From NCBI RefSeq assembly GCF_009914755.1, contig NC_060940.1: DNA of 64,000 bases, one strand, 5' to 3'. The position numbers and the translations under genes are program-made. Shown here piece by piece: positions 59,101 through 64,000 of this stretch. The notes beneath the pieces were generated by a model, which was given only the letters and a program-made list of their open reading frames with translations, made no database searches and had not been told where the DNA came from. Positions within the stretch are counted from its first letter, which is position 1; each line of letters starts with the position of its first letter. The DNA comes from the human T2T-CHM13v2.0 reference genome, Homo sapiens.

Positions 59101-62100
59101 TTCCTTTAGACAGAGCAGATTTGAAAGTCTCTTTTTGTGGAATTTGCAAGTGGAGATTTCAAGCGCTTTGAGGCAAAAAGCAGAAAAGGAAATATTTTCC
59201 TATAAAAACTAGACAGAATCATTCTCAGAAACTGCTCTGTGATGTGTGTGTTCAACTCACAGAGTTTAACTTTCTTTTCATTCAGCAGTTTGGAAACACT
59301 CTGTTTGGAAAGTCTGCACGTGGATATTTTGACCTCTTTGAGGCCTTCGTTGGAAACGGGTTTTTTTCATGTAACGCTAGACAGAAGAAATCTCAGTAAC
59401 TTCCTTGTGTTGTGTGTATTCAACTGACAGAGTTGAACCTTCCTTTAGACAGAGCAGATTCGAAACACTCTTTTTCTGCAATTTGCAAGTGGAGACTTCA
59501 AGCGCTTTGAGGCCAAAGGCAGAAAAGGAAATATCTTCGTATAAAAACCCGACAGAATCATTCTCAGAAACTGCTCTGTGATGTGTGCGTTCAACTCACA
59601 GAGTTTAACTTTTCTTTTCATTCAGCAGTTTGGAAACACTCTGTTTGTAAAGTCTGCAAGTGGATATCTTGGCCTCTTAGAGGCCTTCGTTGGAAACGGG
59701 TTTTTTCATGTAAGGTTAGACAGAGGAATTCCCAGTAACTTCCTTGTGTTGTGTGCATTCAACTCACAGAGTTGAATGATTCTTTACACAGAGCAGATTT
59801 GAGACACTCTTTTTGTGGAATTTGTTAGTGGAGAATTCAGCCGCTTTGAGGTCAACGGTAGAAAAGGAAATATCTTCGTATAAAAACTAGACAGAATGAT
59901 TCTCAGAAACTGTTTTGTGATGTGTGCGTTCAACTCACAGAGTTTAACCTTTCTTTTCAAAGAGCAGTTAGGAAACACTCTGTTTGTAAAGTCTGCAAGT
60001 GGATATTCAGACCTCTTTGAGGCCTTCGTTGGAAACGGGATTTCTTCATATTATGCTAGACAGATGAATTCTCAGTAACTTCCTTGTGTTGTGTGTATTC
60101 AACTCAGAGAGTTGAACGATCCTTTACACAGAGCAGATTTGAAACACTGTTTTTCTGGAATTTGCAAGTGGAGATTTCAGCCGCTTTGGGGTCAATGGTA
60201 GAAAAAGAAATATCTTCGTATAAAAACTAGACAGAATGATTCTCAGAAACTCCTTTGTGATGTGTGCGTTCAACTCACAGAGTTTAACCTTTCTTTTCAC
60301 AGAGCAGTTAGGAAACACTCTGTTTGTGAAGCCTGCCAGTGGATATTCGGACCTCTTTGAGGCCTTCGTTGGAAACGGGATTTCTTCATATTATGCTAGA
60401 CAGAAGATTTCTCAGTAACTTCTTTGTGTTGTGTGTATGCAACTCACAGAGTTCAACCTTCCTTTAGACAGAGCAGATTTGAAACACTCTTTTTGTGGAA
60501 TTTGCAAGTGGAGATTTCAAGTGCTTCGATGCCAATGGTAGAAAAGGAAATATCTTCGTAGAAAAACAAGACAAACTCGTTCCCAGACACTGCGTAGTGA
60601 TGTGTGTGTTTAACTCACAGAGTTTCACCTTTCTTTTCATACAGCATTCTGGAAACCCTCTGTTTGTAAAGTCTGCAAGTGGATATTTGGACCTCTTAGA
60701 TGCCTTCGTTGGAAACGGGATTTCTTCATATAATGCTAGAGGGAAGAATTCTTAGTAACTTCTTTGTGTTGTGTGTATTCAACTGACAGAGTTGAACCTT
60801 CCTTTAGACAGAGCAGATTTGAAAGTCTCTTTTTGTGGAATTTGCAAGTGGAGATTTCAAGCGCTTTGAGGCCAAAAGCAGAAAAGGAAATATTTTCCTA
60901 TAAAAACTAGACAGAATCTTTCTCAGAAACTGCTCTGGGATGTGTGCGTTCAACTCACAGAGTTTAACTTTTCTTTTCATTCAGCAGTTTGGAAACACTC
61001 TGTTTGGAAAGTCTGCACGTGGATATTTTGACCTCTTTGAGGCCTTCGTTGGAAACGGGTTTTTTTCATGTAAGGCTAGACAGAAGAAATCTCAGTAACT
61101 TCCTTGTGTTGTGTGTATTCAACTGACAGAGTTGAACCTTCTTTTAGACAGAGCAGATTCGAAACACTCTTTTTCTGCAATTAGCAAGTGGAGACTTCAA
61201 GCGCTTTGAGGCCAAAGGCAGAAAAGGAAATATCTTCGTATAAAAACCCGACAGAATCATTCTCAGAAACTGCTCTGTGATGTGTGCGTTCAACTCACAG
61301 AGTTTAACTTTTCTTTTCATTCAGCAGTTTGGAAACACTCTGTTTGTAAAGTCTGCAAGTGGATATCTTGGCCTCTTAGAGGCCTTCGTTGGAAACGGGT
61401 TTTTTCATGTAAGGTTAGACAGAGGAATTCCCAGTAACTTCGTTGTGTTGTGTGCATTCAACTCACAGAGTTGAATAATTCTTTACACAGAGCAGATTTG
61501 AGACACTCTTTTGGTGGAATTTGTAAGTGGAGAATTCAGCTGCTTTGAGGTCAACGGTAGAAAAGGAAATATCTTCGTATAAAAACTAGACAGAATGATT
61601 CTCAGAAACTGTTTTGGATGTGTGCGTTCAACTCACAGAGTTTAACCTTTCTTTTCAAAGAGCAGTTAGGAAACACTCTGTTTGTAAAGTCTGCAAGTGG
61701 ATATTCAGACCTCTTTGAGGCCTTCGTTGGAAACGGGATTTCTTCATATTATGCTAGACAGATGAATTCTCAGTAACTTCCTTGTGTTGTGTGTATTCAA
61801 CTCACAGAGTTGAACGATCCTTTACACAGAGCAGATTTGAAACACTGTTTTTCTGGAATTTGCAAGTGGAGATTTCAGCTGCTTTGAGGTCAATGGTAGA
61901 AAAGGAAATATCTTCGTATAAAAACTAGACAGAATGATTCTCAGAAACTCCTTTGTGATGTGTGCGTTCAACTCACAGAGTTTAACCTTTCTTTTCACAG
62001 AGCAGTTAGGAAACACTCTGTTTGTGAAGCCTGCCAGTGGATATTCGGACCTCTTTGAGGCCTTCGTTGGAAACGGGATTTCTTCATATTATGCTAGACA

Positions 62101-64000
62101 GAAGATTTCTCAGTAACTTCTTTGTGTTGTGTGTATGCAACTCACAGAGTTCAACCTTCCTTTAGACAGAGCAGATTTGAAACACTCTTTTTGTGGAATT
62201 TGCAAGTGGAGATTTCAAGCGCTTCGATGCCAATGGTAGAAAAGGAAATATCTTCGTATAAAAACAAGACAAACTCGTTCCCAGACACTGCGTAGTGATG
62301 TGTGTGTTTAACTCACAGAGTTTCACCTTTCTTTTCATACAGCATTCTGGAAACCCTCTGTTTGTAAAGTCTGCAAGTGGATATTTGGACCTCTTAGATG
62401 CCTTCGTTGGAAACGGGATTTCTTCATATAATGCTAGAGGGAAGAATTCTTAGTAACTTCTTTGTGTTGTGTGTATTCAACTGACAGAGTTGAACCTTCC
62501 TTTAGACAGAGCAGATTTGAAAGTCTCTTTTTGTGGAATTTGCAAGTGGAGATTTCAAGCGCTTTGAGGCCAAAAGCAGAAAAGGAAATATTTTCCTATA
62601 AAAACTAGACAGAATCATTCTCAGAAACTGCTCTGTGATGTGTGTGTTCAACTCACAGAGTTTAACTTTCTTTTCATTCAGCAGTTTGGAAACACTCTGT
62701 TTGGAAAGTCTGCACGTGGATATTTTGACCTCTTTGAGGCCTTCGTTGGAAACGCGTTTTTTTCATGTAAGGCTAGACAGAAGAAATCTCAGTAACTTCC
62801 TTGTGTTGTGTGTATTCAACTGACAGAGTTGAACCTTCCTTTAGACAGAGCAGATTCGAAACACTCTTTTTCTGCAATTTGCAAGTGGAGACTTCAAGCG
62901 CTTTGAGGCCAAAGGCAGAAAAGGAAATATCTTCGTATAAAAACCCGACAGAATCATTCTCAGAAACTGCTCTGTGATGTGTGCGTTCAACTCACAGAGT
63001 TTAACTTTTCTTTTCATTCAGCAGTTTGGAAACACTCTGTTTGTAAAGTCTGCAAGTGGATATCTTGGCCTCTTAGAGGCCTTCGTTGGAAACGGGTTTT
63101 GTCATGTAAGGTTAGACAGAGGAATTCCCAGTAACTTCCTTGTGTTGTGTGCATTCAACTCACAGAGTTGAATGATTCTTTACACAGAGCAGATTTGAGA
63201 CACTCTTTTGGTGGAATTTGTTAGTGGAGAATTCAGCCGCTTTGAGGTCAACGGTAGAAAAGGAAATATCTTCGTATAAAAACTAGACAGAATGATTCTC
63301 AGAAACTGTTCTGTGATGTGTGCGTTCAACTCACAGAGTTTAACCTTTCTTTTCAAAGAGCAGTTAGGAAACACTCTGTTTGTAAAGTCTGCAAGTGGAT
63401 ATTCAGACCTCTTTGAGGCCTTCGTTGGAAACGGGATTTCTTCATATTATGCTAGACAGATGAATTCTCAGTAACTTCCTTGTGTTGTGTGTATTCAACT
63501 CACAGAGTTGAACGATCCTTTACACAGAGCAGATTTGAAACACTGTTTTTCTGGAATTTGCAAGTGGAGATTTCAGCCGCTTTGAGGTCAATGGTAGAAA
63601 AAGAAATATCTTCGTATAAAAACTAGACAGAATGATTCTCAGAAACTCCTTTGTGATGTGTGCGTTCCACTCACAGAGTTTAACCTTTCTTTTCACAGAG
63701 CAGTTAGGAAACACTCTGTTTGTGAAGCCTGCCAGTGGATATTCGGACCTCTTTGAGGCCTTCGTTGGAAACGGGATTTCTTCATATTATGCTAGACAGA
63801 AGATTTCTCAGTAACTTCTTTGTGTTGTGTGTATGCAACTCACAGAGTTCAACCTTCCTTTAGACAGAGCAGATTTGAAACACTCTTTTTGTGGAATTTG
63901 CAAGTGGAGATTTCAAGCGCTTCGATGCCAATGGTAGAAAAGGAAATATCTTCGTATAAAAACAAGACAAACTCGTTCGCAGACACTGCGTAGTGATGTG

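Larger units (their letters stand above)
1..64000 (+). repeat. Alpha-satellite (alphoid) higher-order repeat array: dimeric SF1-type, 10-mer HOR of ~1.7 kb, probably human chr16 D16Z2 (S1C16H1L); continues past both window edges
   Basis: ~170-bp monomers with alphoid motifs (TTCTCAGAAACT, TTCAACTCACAGAGTT, TTTGAAACACTCTTTT, GCAAGTGGA). A CENP-B box occurs every ~340 bp. Identical ORF translations recur every 1698/1699 bp (475, 2174, 3872, 5570 ...). The alpha-satellite call is essentially certain. The chr16 assignment (~0.8) rests on the known 1.7-kb 10-mer dimeric organisation of D16Z2. Confidence 0.99.

Noticed and set aside
242-63780. Regularly spaced conserved 17-mer resembling a CRISPR repeat
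   Set aside because: It is the CENP-B box. The intervening sequences are homologous satellite monomers, not unique spacers, and there are no cas genes.
136-63814. Numerous recurring 60-65 aa ORFs on both strands (MMCAFNSQ..., MFPNCS..., MILRN...)
   Set aside because: These are chance open frames in satellite monomers. They recur at the HOR period, overlap on opposite strands, mostly use non-ATG starts, and appear or vanish with single SNVs or indels. No recognisable protein domain.
1-64000. Possible L1/Alu insertion, inversion, or embedded foreign or novel gene system
   Set aside because: Every interval between register points is a whole even number of monomers (1697-1699, 1359 or 1018-1019 bp), and all boxes are on the + strand. 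This leaves no room for non-alphoid sequence. No new gene system is supportable from this window.
1-64000. Assignment to other dimeric arrays (chr1/5/19, chr3, chr6, chr7, chr10, chr12)
   Set aside because: As I recall, their canonical HORs are not 10-mers of 1.7 kb, so D16Z2 fits best. BLAST or HumAS-HMMER against T2T-CHM13 centromere models would be decisive and was not run.

Overview
The whole 64 kb window is one uninterrupted, single-orientation array of primate (most likely human) centromeric alpha-satellite DNA. Monomers of ~170 bp alternate between A-type (pJalpha-like) and B-type (CENP-B box), giving a ~340-bp dimer. Five diverged dimers form a 10-monomer higher-order repeat (HOR) of 1698/1699 bp. 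This dimeric 1.7-kb 10-mer best fits the chromosome 16 active array D16Z2 (SF1); that assignment is from recall, not a database search. Using monomer m4 as a register there are 39 complete units: 33 10-mers, five 6-mers (~1019 bp) and one 8-mer (1359 bp). All length variants lie between ~32.7 and 56.2 kb. I see no genes, RNA genes, transposon insertions, inversions or CRISPR arrays, and the ORF track is a repeat artefact. I found no new gene system. The interesting signal is the array's recombination history: a compound two-switch 6-mer junction, a length-neutral chimeric 10-mer carrying that junction, a haplotype shift at ~32 kb, local and multi-HOR duplications, and a few broken CENP-B boxes. 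My monomer labels in the first HOR are approximately: m1 to 115, m2 115-285, m3 285-455, m4 455-625, m5 625-795, m6 795-965, m7 965-1135, m8 1135-1305, m9 1305-1475, m10 1475-1645. SNV tallies were made by eye and may be incomplete.
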